Source: Deltaproteobacteria bacterium (GTDB taxonomy: Bacteria > JAEEML01). From it: a stretch of DNA of 38,222 nucleotides. A model generated the notes under the pieces. That model worked only from the letters and a program-made list of their open reading frames with translations. It had not been told where the DNA came from and searched no databases. Position 1 is the first letter of the stretch. The number at the start of each line of letters is the position of its first letter. This document shows, one piece after another, positions 9,500 to 18,830 of this stretch. The stretch spans positions 1-38,222 of the forward strand of contig JAEEML010000124.1 of assembly GCA_016283195.1 (NCBI GenBank), given 5' to 3'. The position numbers were made by a program, and so were the translations under genes.

Positions 9500-10707
9500 A
9501 GATTTCCTTGTAATACCGGCACAATACGTTCAAGAGCCCAATCGAGCTCCTCTTTGGTGATAATGAGCGGCGGCGCAAAGCGAATGACATTTTCATGAGT
9601 CTCTTTGCACAGCATTCCGGCTTTTTGCAAAGCCTCGCAGAAGCGCCTGGCCCCGCCGGCATTTTCTTCCAAAACCACGCCGATAAAGAGCCCTTTCCCG
9701 CGAATACATTTCACATAAGGGCTCTTAATGGCCATGAGTTTTTCTTTAAAATAGGCCCCAAGTTCTGCTGAGCGCTCGCTTAATTTTTCTTCTTTGAAAA
9801 CTTCGATAGCCGCGAGGCCCACCGCCGCCGCCAGCGGGTTGCCACCAAAAGTGGAGCCATGCTCGCCCGGCTGATAAAGCCCCATGATAGCCCGGCTGGA
9901 GACAACAGCCGAAACGGGATAGACACCGCCGCCCAGCGCTTTACCTAAAATAAAGACATCAGGCTGCACATTTTCGTGCTGGCAGGCAAAATCTTTGCCG
10001 CTGCGCCCAAAACCGCTTTGAATTTCATCGGCCATAAAGAGCACATTATTTTTTTCGCAGAGTTTTTTGGCTCCGGCTAAAAAGCCCTCCGGCGGCACCA
10101 CCACTCCGGCCTCACCCTGAATAGGCTCCACCAAAAAGGCGGCGGTGTTAGGAGTAATGGTCTTTTCCAAAGCCGCTAAATCACCATAGGGAATAGATTT
10201 AAAACCGGGCGTAAAAGGCGCAAATGGGTCTTTATATTCCGGCTCGCTGGAAAAGCTGATAATGGAAATGGTGCGCCCGTGGAAATTGCCATCGCAAACA
10301 ATAATTTCCGCTTTATCGTGCGGCACTTTTTTAACTTCATAAGCCCACTTGCGAGCCAGTTTGAGCGCTGTTTCCACCGCCTCGGCCCCGGAATTCATGG
10401 GCAGAACCATCTCCATGCCGCAAAGCTCGGCCACCTTCTCACAAAACTCACCCAGCTTATCATTGTAAAAAGCGCGGGAAGTAAGGGTTATTTTATCCAG
10501 CTGGTCTTTCAAAGCAGCAATGATTTTTGGATGACGGTGCCCCTGATTAAGAGCACTGTAACAAGAGAGGAAATCGAGATAACGTTTGCCATCGACATCG
10601 GTCACCCACACGCCCTCCCCCTTTGTGAGGACAACCGGCAACGGTTTATAATTGTGAGCGCCAAATTTTTCTGTTTGTTCCATAATAGCAGCTGAATTAG
10701 TCATCAT
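9496..10707 (-). CDS. rocD: Ornithine--oxo-acid aminotransferase
   Basis: [54 protein letters not shown] lysine in [29 protein letters not shown]. Confidence 0.94.
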   Translation of the reverse strand: MMTNSAAIMEQTEKFGAHNYKPLPVVLTKGEGVWVTDVDGKRYLDFLSCYSALNQGHRHPKIIAALKDQLDKITLTSRAFYNDKLGEFCEKVAELCGMEMVLPMNSGAEAVETALKLARKWAYEVKKVPHDKAEIIVCDGNFHGRTISIISFSSEPEYKDPFAPFTPGFKSIPYGDLAALEKTITPNTAAFLVEPIQGEAGVVVPPEGFLAGAKKLCEKNNVLFMADEIQSGFGRSGKDFACQHENVQPDVFILGKALGGGVYPVSAVVSSRAIMGLYQPGEHGSTFGGNPLAAAVGLAAIEVFKEEKLSERSAELGAYFKEKLMAIKSPYVKCIRGKGLFIGVVLEENAGGARRFCEALQKAGMLCKETHENVIRFAPPLIITKEELDWALERIVPVLQGNL

Positions 10708-10723
10708 ATCTCCTTTTCAAAAC

Positions 10724-10739
10724 GGTGCCACCCGGCACC
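10724..10739 (-). promoter_or_regulatory. GC-rich hairpin in the rocD leader (possible terminator or attenuator)
   Basis: Minus strand GGTGCC-GGGT-GGCACC followed by GTTTT, immediately before the rocD SD. Confidence 0.35.
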
Positions 10740-10849
10740 CGCCTCTTGCTATCACAAGATGCACTTTTAGTCCATTATGTTCTAACTTGCCGCCCAAGCG
10801 GTTAAGAGGTAAGTCTATAAAATTTAACAAATTATTGTATTTTATCTAT

Positions 10850-12568
10850 TTAGACAAATTGGCGTTTTTTCATAAATAAAAGGATAAGAGCCAGTAAAGC
10901 GCCTAGCCCCGTTTCACCGCCGGCATTGCACCCCTTCTTTTTACTGTTATTCGGGTCGCGGCAATCGGCATCACAAGCGCAATCGCACTTTTTACTCACA
11001 TCACAGGTACAGGGACATTCCGGGTCACATGGGCAATCACTCGAACAGGCGGTATCTATATCACATGCACAAATCTGGCTATTGTTATTATTTTGTTCCG
11101 GTTCATCATCAGTAGTCTCGTCTTGGGCTTCTTCCTTAAAACAAACATTATTAACACATTCCGCACCATCTTCACAGCCGCCACAATCGCAACCCGCAAT
11201 TTCGCCGCAGTTTCTGGCTGCGCAAATAGATTCACAGCCGTTGTCATAGGGCATACAGCCTTCATTAACAGCGCAAGTATCAACATGAGTGCAGAGTTTG
11301 TAGCATTTTTCTTCTTCATCACCTACACAATAGCCAATACCGTCATCACTTGAATTACACCAATAATCTCCATTAATATCACATTCAGTGTGATTATTTT
11401 CCACGCAGAAAGAGTTATAACTGCCCTCCAAATTGCTTGGAACCGGCATACAATATGAGCTGCTGTCAGAAGCGGAACAAGGTTCCGGTTTACATGGGGT
11501 TAAACAGACCGAACCCATTGTTTCTTTATAACAAATCTTGCCATCGCTACAATCGGCGTTAGTTATACATTTTGTGCCGCCCAGCGCATTCCAAGCTTCA
11601 TATGATATGCACACACCACCTCTGCCGGCCGGCTTTTTCTCGCACTTACTGGTGGCAGTATTACATTCCATGCCATAGTCGCAATTGCCGCAGAAGCAAG
11701 CGCCGCTTTGGCCACATTCTTTATTGGCACAGGCAGCTTTGCAAGTGGGATTATCATATTCATTGACAAAGCTTCTTATCCAGTCTTCGTGGATATCAAC
11801 CGGTGTATAGCTGGAAACATAAGCATAGTTTTCACCGGTGGAAAGCACACCGGCTACCCGCACGCCGTCACCATAATCATAAAGTAGCGGTGAGCCGGAA
11901 TCACCTTGCAAAGTACCTTTTTTACCATAACCGATAACAGCCAGCTGGCCGCTGAAATAGCCAAAACAATCAAGTGTTACCCAGTAGCGCTGGCTATTAT
12001 TACTGTATTCATCTTCCGGATCGGTTTTTCCATAGCCGACAGATTGCACTTCATGGCCGATAATATCACTCACACCGCCACTTTTTATCTCTATTTTGGT
12101 GGTAGTATTTTCGGGCTCCTCCAAAATCAAAATGGCAATATCATCGTTAAAATCTTTAAGATAATCTTTGAAATATACTTCGCTCACATAGAGAATTTTA
12201 TCAGGTTGGGAATAATCTGAGCCAATAATAACGTAAATATTATCCGCATCAACCTCTTTGTTCTCATCATAAACACAATGCGCGGCAGTCAGCACCACAT
12301 GTGGCGAAATAAGTGTGCCAGTGCAAGAGCCGGCATATAAATACCCATTATTTTCAAATTCTGAGTAAATAGCCACAATGCTGTCTATTTGTTTAGCAGT
12401 GAGATTGGTATAAAGTGTTGGCTCAAGCTCACCATTAAAAATAGGCTGGTTTATACTCTCGGTGTTTTTAATCTTTTGCAATTCCGGCAAATTACCGGTG
12501 CTTTCGTTCTTACAGCCGGAGCTAAAAAAGAGCGCACTCATAATGAAGTACAAAAAGCATTTCTTCAT
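10850..12568 (-). CDS. Trypsin-fold (S1) serine protease with Cys-rich repeats and MYXO-CTERM-like C-terminal anchor
   Basis: Catalytic triad TAAHC / DIAIL / GDSGSP; N-terminal lipobox-like FSSGC; very Cys-rich C-terminal half; ends GCNAGG-hydrophobic helix-KKR. Confidence 0.88.
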   Translation of the reverse strand: MKKCFLYFIMSALFFSSGCKNESTGNLPELQKIKNTESINQPIFNGELEPTLYTNLTAKQIDSIVAIYSEFENNGYLYAGSCTGTLISPHVVLTAAHCVYDENKEVDADNIYVIIGSDYSQPDKILYVSEVYFKDYLKDFNDDIAILILEEPENTTTKIEIKSGGVSDIIGHEVQSVGYGKTDPEDEYSNNSQRYWVTLDCFGYFSGQLAVIGYGKKGTLQGDSGSPLLYDYGDGVRVAGVLSTGENYAYVSSYTPVDIHEDWIRSFVNEYDNPTCKAACANKECGQSGACFCGNCDYGMECNTATSKCEKKPAGRGGVCISYEAWNALGGTKCITNADCSDGKICYKETMGSVCLTPCKPEPCSASDSSSYCMPVPSNLEGSYNSFCVENNHTECDINGDYWCNSSDDGIGYCVGDEEEKCYKLCTHVDTCAVNEGCMPYDNGCESICAARNCGEIAGCDCGGCEDGAECVNNVCFKEEAQDETTDDEPEQNNNNSQICACDIDTACSSDCPCDPECPCTCDVSKKCDCACDADCRDPNNSKKKGCNAGGETGLGALLALILLFMKKRQFV

Positions 12569-12598
12569 TTTCCCCTCCCCACAAAAAAATTAAAGTAT

Positions 12599-13543
12599 TT
12601 AAAGAGCCAAAAGCCTTGTAAGCCCCATCATTAAATTAATAACCAAAGCGCCGCCGCCGATAAAAGTCATCAAAGAGAGCGGCAAGGCCAAAAGAAAATT
12701 TATGCGATATGCCGCCACAATGGCAATAAGTAATATTGCCGGTATTATCAAAATAGCAGTGCCGAAAATCGGAGGAATAAAGGCCAAAAGCAAAACTGTG
12801 GAAGAATAAGCCACCACCCGCAAAGTGTGGAAGTAGCCCATATTATCTATGCGGAGGAGCCATAAAAAACTCTGCAAAACAATAGCTAACAAATAAGTTG
12901 GCAAAAGAGCCCAAAATGGGGTAATTGCCCAGAGAAAAAGCATAAAATTCTGCAACTTATCCATGCCGCCGAAAGTTTCTTTTATCACTTCTTCGGCATT
13001 GGGCAGTGCGGCCGTTAAAGCAGCTGGGTCGGAGATAAGCAGGTAATACTGCGTCCCCAAAGTAAAAGCAAAGTAGATAAACCAAAGAATATAGCTGTAA
13101 TGCAAGGGTGCCATGCTGTAAGTATCGGGGAGCGTGGCAAAAAAACGCGTGGGGCGAAAAAAAGCATCGCGCGCGGTGAGGAGGAAGCGTTTCCAGATGG
13201 GCTTATCTCTGTTTTCCCATTCCGGCGTTATCATCTCAATATCCGCATGCTGCTCGGATATTGGCCCGGCGGTTACGTTCTGCCCGGCCTCTTTAGTTAC
13301 TTCACCTGCCTCCGGTTGAGGCTCGGCGGCTGTTACCGCTTCAGCGGTATTCTCGGTAATATCTACAGCCGGAGCAGCTAATTTTTCCTCCGGCTTTAGA
13401 TCCGCATTGGCCGGGGAAGGCGTATTCTCTGCGGCAAGCACAGCCGGCGCCGCGCGATTAAATACCGGCTTGCCGCAAAAGGGGCAATCTATCAGCCCGT
13501 ATGCCTCCGGGGTAAATTCTTTATGACAATGCGGACAATTCAA
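12599..13543 (-). CDS. Zinc-ribbon / Yip1-domain membrane protein
   Basis: CPHC-x13-CPFC, Ala/Glu/Pro linker, PEWE...RPTRFF, about 5 TM helices, TLRVVAYS; TTG start with GAGG SD. Confidence 0.75.
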   Translation of the reverse strand: MNCPHCHKEFTPEAYGLIDCPFCGKPVFNRAAPAVLAAENTPSPANADLKPEEKLAAPAVDITENTAEAVTAAEPQPEAGEVTKEAGQNVTAGPISEQHADIEMITPEWENRDKPIWKRFLLTARDAFFRPTRFFATLPDTYSMAPLHYSYILWFIYFAFTLGTQYYLLISDPAALTAALPNAEEVIKETFGGMDKLQNFMLFLWAITPFWALLPTYLLAIVLQSFLWLLRIDNMGYFHTLRVVAYSSTVLLLAFIPPIFGTAILIIPAILLIAIVAAYRINFLLALPLSLMTFIGGGALVINLMMGLTRLLAL

Positions 13544-13566
13544 AATACACCTCTTTTGCCTAGCAC

Positions 13567-15033
13567 TTACTCCGGCGCATCCGCATTTTCAGCGGGTGAA
13601 TTATTCTCGCCTTCTTCGGCACCTTCGGCGGCCGGGCTCTGCTCAGCGCCATTTTCTTTGGCCGCTTCGGCCGCTTTCCTGGCCTCTTCTTCCTGCTCGG
13701 CCTTTATGCGCCGCTCGCGTTCTTCACGCTTACGCATACGTTCCAAGCGCTTTTCCTCATTGGCAATATCTTTTTTAGCCCATTCTATATAGCCGTCTAT
13801 AACTTTGCGCTCGGCGGCCGACGGTGAAGCAATTTGTAAATATTTTTGCAAATATTCTATGGCCTTATTTGATTTAGGAATAAGTGTTAAGTCTTCAACT
13901 TCATTATCAAAATACAAAAGGCCAAGATTATAAATAACTTCCTTGTTTTGCGGATCTTTCTCCTGCACTTTGCGGTAAGCTTCCAGCGCTTTGGCATATT
14001 CGCCGGTAAAACGGTAGGCATTGCCCAGTTCCAAAATAATATTGGGATCATCCGGGCGCATGGAATAAGCCAGTTTTATATTTTCAAGAGCCTTTTCGGC
14101 ATCGCCTTGTGTGCGCAGTAAGGTGCTGGAATTTAAAAGCAAAGCCGGGTTATCAGGTTGCAAAAATACCGCTTCTTTGAGAGCATATAAAGCCTCAGGA
14201 TAGCGCTCGTTTTGCAAACGCACAAAAGCTTGCAAATTAAAGGCTGCGGCGTTTTTAGGGTCGATATTGATTACCTGGTCGGCAGCAAAAGAGGCAAGTT
14301 CATATTTTTTTTGCTTATAATATACCTTGCCCAAATTGAGCATGGCATTGATATCTTTTTCATCTTTTTTGAGAATGGAAAGAGCTATTTTTTCACCCTC
14401 ATCAAGGCGGCCCATGCTGATATAAAGAGCCGCTTTTTGATTCAAAAGCGCCAGACAATCCGGCAGAGCTCTAAGGCCGTCTTCAATAGTTCGCTCAGCT
14501 TCATCAAGGCGATTCTGCTCTCTCAAAAGCACCACCAGAGTAACGCGGGCCCACTCGTTTTTAGGGTAAGCGGAAATCATAGTAGAAAGCATGCGCTCCG
14601 CCCCTTTGAAGTCACCCTTATTTTGCAATAAAAGCGCCACATTGTGCATAGCGGCTTCGGAATTGGGCTCTTCGCGCAAAATGGCCTGATAAGCAGCCAA
14701 AGCTTTGTCCGGGTCGGAACTTATTTGTTCTTGGGCAGCTCTGTGCGCCGGTGAATAGATATCCGGCTTGGGCTTTTCCGGCTCTTTGGGGGCATCGGTG
14801 GCTGTGTCAGCGGCTCCGCCTTCTGCTCCCGGCTCGGCGGCACTTGGCAGCTCACCACTCGCGCCGGCCGGAGTAGCCGCGTTTTGGCCATTTTCCGGCT
14901 CCTTTGCCCCGCTATCACCCTCTGCAGTTGCTGCCGGGGTAGCTGCTGCTGGCGCGAGCGGCTCGGCAGCTTTCGGCATACAGGCTGCCAAACTCACACA
15001 AATAAGCATATTTGCAAAATTACGCCACTTCAT
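13567..15033 (-). CDS. TPR lipoprotein, AglT/GltE-like
   Basis: Lipobox LAAC; tandem TPRs (e.g. AMLNLGKVYY, ELGNAYRFTGEYAKALEAY, YNLGLLY); charged C-terminal coiled coil. Confidence 0.75.
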   Translation of the reverse strand: MKWRNFANMLICVSLAACMPKAAEPLAPAAATPAATAEGDSGAKEPENGQNAATPAGASGELPSAAEPGAEGGAADTATDAPKEPEKPKPDIYSPAHRAAQEQISSDPDKALAAYQAILREEPNSEAAMHNVALLLQNKGDFKGAERMLSTMISAYPKNEWARVTLVVLLREQNRLDEAERTIEDGLRALPDCLALLNQKAALYISMGRLDEGEKIALSILKKDEKDINAMLNLGKVYYKQKKYELASFAADQVINIDPKNAAAFNLQAFVRLQNERYPEALYALKEAVFLQPDNPALLLNSSTLLRTQGDAEKALENIKLAYSMRPDDPNIILELGNAYRFTGEYAKALEAYRKVQEKDPQNKEVIYNLGLLYFDNEVEDLTLIPKSNKAIEYLQKYLQIASPSAAERKVIDGYIEWAKKDIANEEKRLERMRKREERERRIKAEQEEEARKAAEAAKENGAEQSPAAEGAEEGENNSPAENADAPE

Positions 15034-18000
15034 TGGATCACCAGGCTATCTAAATAACTGGGCTCATAAGCATCGCCGTTTGCGCCGCCGGAGCTGCTGT
15101 CACTTTCGGCCGGTGGCGGCGCAACCGGCGCCGGGGCGCCGGCAGAGGAACCTGATCCGGCCATGGGATCCGGCGCCCCGGGAATAAAGGGCTGCGGATT
15201 GCTATTTTTATTTTCCGCCGGCGGCGGCTCTTCTTGCTGTGTTTCCTCGGCCGGCGGCTCCGGAGCACTTTCTGCCGGCACATCGGCTGCTACCGGCGGT
15301 TCCGTTTCTGCTGCCGGCGGCGGCGCCGGCACCGGGGCCATCGGCGCTGCTTCAGCTTGAGCCGGCGCCGGCTCCTGGCTGTCTTGAGCAGCCGCACCTT
15401 CTTCGGCCGCTTGTTTTTCCTGGGCTATTTCCTGAGCGGCCTCACGTGCGGCCGCCTCCGCTGCTTCTCTGGCGGCTTCTTCTTCGGCGGCCGCTTCCGC
15501 CGCAGCTTTGGCTTCCTCCTCCTTACGTGCTTTCTCGGCCGCTTCGGCTCGCCCCTCTTGCAACATAAGGCCCAGAGATTGCGTCTCACCATTAGCCATA
15601 ATAATACCGGTATCAATATTCATAGGATCAAAGTAAGTAAGGCTCTTGGGCTCTTTTTCCAAAGGATACTCTTCCGGGCTCAAATAATTGAGTCGCACCT
15701 GCGCCTCTTTTGTCCACTTATTGGCCACTTTGTATTCACGCGCCCGTTCAAGTACCCCGAGAAAAGCGGCCACCGCCATCTCCAAACCTGGAGTAGCCAG
15801 GGTTTCTTGCAAATTGGCGGCATACTCAATACAGAGTTCTTCCACATCCATGCCGCTCTGGCGGGCCAATTTTTTAAAGTCTGTCGGACACTCGGCACCC
15901 ACAATTGTATCCACCATGTTCTGGCGCAAAATACCGATAGTCACCATGGCGGCCAAAGCCCATTCCAAATGTTTATATTCAAGAACTTGATTATAGCGTT
16001 TTTCCAGCTCACCGCGCACTTTAGCTTTTTTCAGCAAAATATTCTTTTGTTGATCGCCGGTGCCGGTAATCTTCATAGCCTCATACGCCGGTCTATCGAG
16101 TTCCACCAAAAGGAACTGCGCCTGCGCGGCAAAAGCCACGGCCGCCTCCTTCTCTGTCAGTTTGGCAAAAGAAGAAATAACAAGTTGCAACTCTTTTTTG
16201 TATTTATCAGGCTGTTTCAGCTTTTTATAAGCCAGAGCCAAACCCAAATGAGCTTGCACAATTCTCTTGCCCTGGTCGGGAGTGCGGGAATAGCGCTTTA
16301 TAAAATCTTGATAACTGGTAACAACCTTCTTCATATCGCCGATTTTTTCATAAAGCTCGGCCACGCGATAATAGGCATCAGCCGCATCTTCGCGATCTTT
16401 AAAGAGTTTGCAATACATCTCATAATGCTGAATTGCCCGCTTATATTGCTGGGTATTTTCCATGGTAATAGCGGCATTATAAAGAGCATCGGCCCGTTTG
16501 GGACTCTTGGGGTAATTGTTCACCAGGTTCATATTGGCAGCAATAGCGCCCTCAAAATCAAAGAAGCGCTCCGAGTTCCAACCAACGCGGAAAACAGCGT
16601 TATCAGCCAGCGGCGATTTGGGATATTCCTTATAAAGGCGTTCGTACATGCGCGTAGCTGTTTCAAAGCGATTGGCTTTTTCATAAGCAATAGCCGCATT
16701 ATTAAGGGCCCGGTCTTCATACTCATTGCCCTTCATATCGCCAACCAGGCGCAGATATTCTTCCGCCGCCTCATCATATTGACCGGCGCTGTCGAGCTCC
16801 AAAGCATGCATAAAAATAGCGCCGACTTTATACTTTTTGAGCTCATCTTTATAAGTAGCGGAAACAGCGGTTAAATTGCGTTTTAAAATTTCATCAACTG
16901 TGCTTTCAACAAGCACCCATTTCTCTTCAATCATGTAGCTTTCAATAAGTAAATTAGCAGCAAATTCAGCTACTTTGTGATCAGGATAATTATCAATAAC
17001 CCGCCAAAAACGCTTGCGGGCCTCAGGGAAGCGGTCATGGGCAAAGAATATTTGCGCAGCATTATATTCTGTAGTGGCAGCCGACTCGCTATCTTTAACT
17101 TTCCGCACATATATATCACTGGATTTAATCAACTTTTTATAAATAGTATCCAGCTTTTTCGGCACTATTTTGGCTCCCACCGGACGGTCGGTACTGGTCA
17201 CCACTTTTAAGGGCTCCCGCTCGCCTTTTATCTCTTCCAGTTTTAGCTCGTTTTCATAGGCCAAAACGGCACTTAGTGCTGCCGGCTCAAGAAATTTAGT
17301 ATCGTTATCGGAGTCGCGCACCCAGGAGAAAAGGTCGGCCGCTTGCAAATATTTAAAGGAATAGTAAAGACAATCGGCATAATAGAATTTTAATTCATAA
17401 AGTTGTCTATCGCTGGGGAAGCGCTCCAAATACTCGCCATAACTATCGGCAGCCAGGCCGTATTCCTGGCTGGCCAGCTCCAACTGCCCGGCCTCTTTAA
17501 AAGCCTGGGCCTGATTATGGTGAAATTGAGCAGCCGAAAGCAGCGACATACTGGTGAGTTCTTCGGCTTTTCTGATTACCGGGTCGTTATAACGATGCTT
17601 ATTATACCACTCGCTACCCGGTGAATAATTCTTTACCAAAACCTCACGCGCTTTGGTCGCCGCCTCAAAATCACGTTGTTTTTCATAGGCTTTTACTATT
17701 TTATCCTGCACCACAGGTGATTCTGGATCCAGAGGATAATGAGCCTGAATATATTCATATACTTCAATGGCATTTGGGTATTTTGTTTGGTCATAATAAA
17801 TATCGCCAAGAGCATAATAAACTTCTCTGGCGTAGGCCCGATCGCCAATGGAGGAAAAATAGTCTATAAGTTTTTTAAGAGAGCCCCATTCCTCTTCGGC
17901 AAAGGATATAGCCACATATTGAATGGCTTCGGGCCTAAGCTCCGAACCTCTGCCGGTGCCCTTCTCTTCCTGCTCGGCAGCAAAATCAATGAGTTTTATA

Positions 18001-18830
18001 AAATTATCCACAGCTGCGTCATAATGAAAAGCGTTAGTTTCGGTATCAGCCATGCGATAATGGGTCCAAGCCAATTTATATAAGGCTTTGTCATACATGG
18101 TGCTTTCCGGATAATCCATCACCCGGCTATAAGCCGAAAGAGCCTTTTCAAGATTATTATTTTCAAAATAATACTCACCGATACGAGTCAAAACTTCGGG
18201 AATAAAACGGCTCTCCGGCAAGAGAGCCACCAACTCCTCGTATATTTTAACTGCTCTGTCGTCTTCCATCTGTTCCGATAGGCAGTAGGCCAAAAGATAA
18301 TAACAACCATCCAGGAGGCGATAATCGGGATACTCCTTAATGAGCTTTTGCATCAAGGCGATAGTATCCTCATAGTGCTTCACCGGCGCCGGAAGCTCCT
18401 GGCCTTTGGCAATGGCAGTCTCATAGGCATCATTCTCTATGAGATAATTATCATAAGAGCGCTCATAATAGAGCTCACTGAGGCGGAACATGGCATCGGG
18501 CGTATATTTGCGATCCGCCGGATATTTAGCTAAAAATTTTTCAAATCTATCAATAGCTTTGTTACGTTCATCGCGCTGTTCGTTCTCCGCTTGCACGATG
18601 CTGCGTTCAAAAGCGTCGTTGATAGTTTTTTCGCGCTCATGGTAAACTTCGGAAACAATGCGCTTGGCTTCCATCCGCGCCTCTTCCGACTCCTTATTAA
18701 AGCGCTCACTCTCGCTCAAAAACTCATCGATCATTTCGGTGGGAGCTTCTAAGAGCGGCTCTTCCTCGCCATGAGCTATTAGCGGAAGCAGCAATAGAAA
18801 GAGAAATGAAGTCATAAAACGTTTCATCAT
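15030..18830 (-). CDS. Large exported TPR protein, AgmU/GltD-like
   Basis: Signal peptide (IAHG); many BamD/CpoB-type TPRs (PDAMFRLSELYY, DKALYKLAW, YPKSPLADNAVF, ADALYNAA); long Ala/Glu/Pro tail. Confidence 0.8.
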   Translation of the reverse strand: MMKRFMTSFLFLLLLPLIAHGEEEPLLEAPTEMIDEFLSESERFNKESEEARMEAKRIVSEVYHEREKTINDAFERSIVQAENEQRDERNKAIDRFEKFLAKYPADRKYTPDAMFRLSELYYERSYDNYLIENDAYETAIAKGQELPAPVKHYEDTIALMQKLIKEYPDYRLLDGCYYLLAYCLSEQMEDDRAVKIYEELVALLPESRFIPEVLTRIGEYYFENNNLEKALSAYSRVMDYPESTMYDKALYKLAWTHYRMADTETNAFHYDAAVDNFIKLIDFAAEQEEKGTGRGSELRPEAIQYVAISFAEEEWGSLKKLIDYFSSIGDRAYAREVYYALGDIYYDQTKYPNAIEVYEYIQAHYPLDPESPVVQDKIVKAYEKQRDFEAATKAREVLVKNYSPGSEWYNKHRYNDPVIRKAEELTSMSLLSAAQFHHNQAQAFKEAGQLELASQEYGLAADSYGEYLERFPSDRQLYELKFYYADCLYYSFKYLQAADLFSWVRDSDNDTKFLEPAALSAVLAYENELKLEEIKGEREPLKVVTSTDRPVGAKIVPKKLDTIYKKLIKSSDIYVRKVKDSESAATTEYNAAQIFFAHDRFPEARKRFWRVIDNYPDHKVAEFAANLLIESYMIEEKWVLVESTVDEILKRNLTAVSATYKDELKKYKVGAIFMHALELDSAGQYDEAAEEYLRLVGDMKGNEYEDRALNNAAIAYEKANRFETATRMYERLYKEYPKSPLADNAVFRVGWNSERFFDFEGAIAANMNLVNNYPKSPKRADALYNAAITMENTQQYKRAIQHYEMYCKLFKDREDAADAYYRVAELYEKIGDMKKVVTSYQDFIKRYSRTPDQGKRIVQAHLGLALAYKKLKQPDKYKKELQLVISSFAKLTEKEAAVAFAAQAQFLLVELDRPAYEAMKITGTGDQQKNILLKKAKVRGELEKRYNQVLEYKHLEWALAAMVTIGILRQNMVDTIVGAECPTDFKKLARQSGMDVEELCIEYAANLQETLATPGLEMAVAAFLGVLERAREYKVANKWTKEAQVRLNYLSPEEYPLEKEPKSLTYFDPMNIDTGIIMANGETQSLGLMLQEGRAEAAEKARKEEEAKAAAEAAAEEEAAREAAEAAAREAAQEIAQEKQAAEEGAAAQDSQEPAPAQAEAAPMAPVPAPPPAAETEPPVAADVPAESAPEPPAEETQQEEPPPAENKNSNPQPFIPGAPDPMAGSGSSAGAPAPVAPPPAESDSSSGGANGDAYEPSYLDSLVIQ

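Noticed and set aside
10723-10733. T-box-like GGGTGGCACCG on the minus strand upstream of rocD
   Set aside because: No room or sequence for the antiterminator 3' strand or terminator before the start codon, and no recognisable stem I in the 140-nt gap
15234-16874. 546-aa plus-strand ORF
   Set aside because: Antisense shadow of the 1266-aa TPR gene with no recognisable motifs
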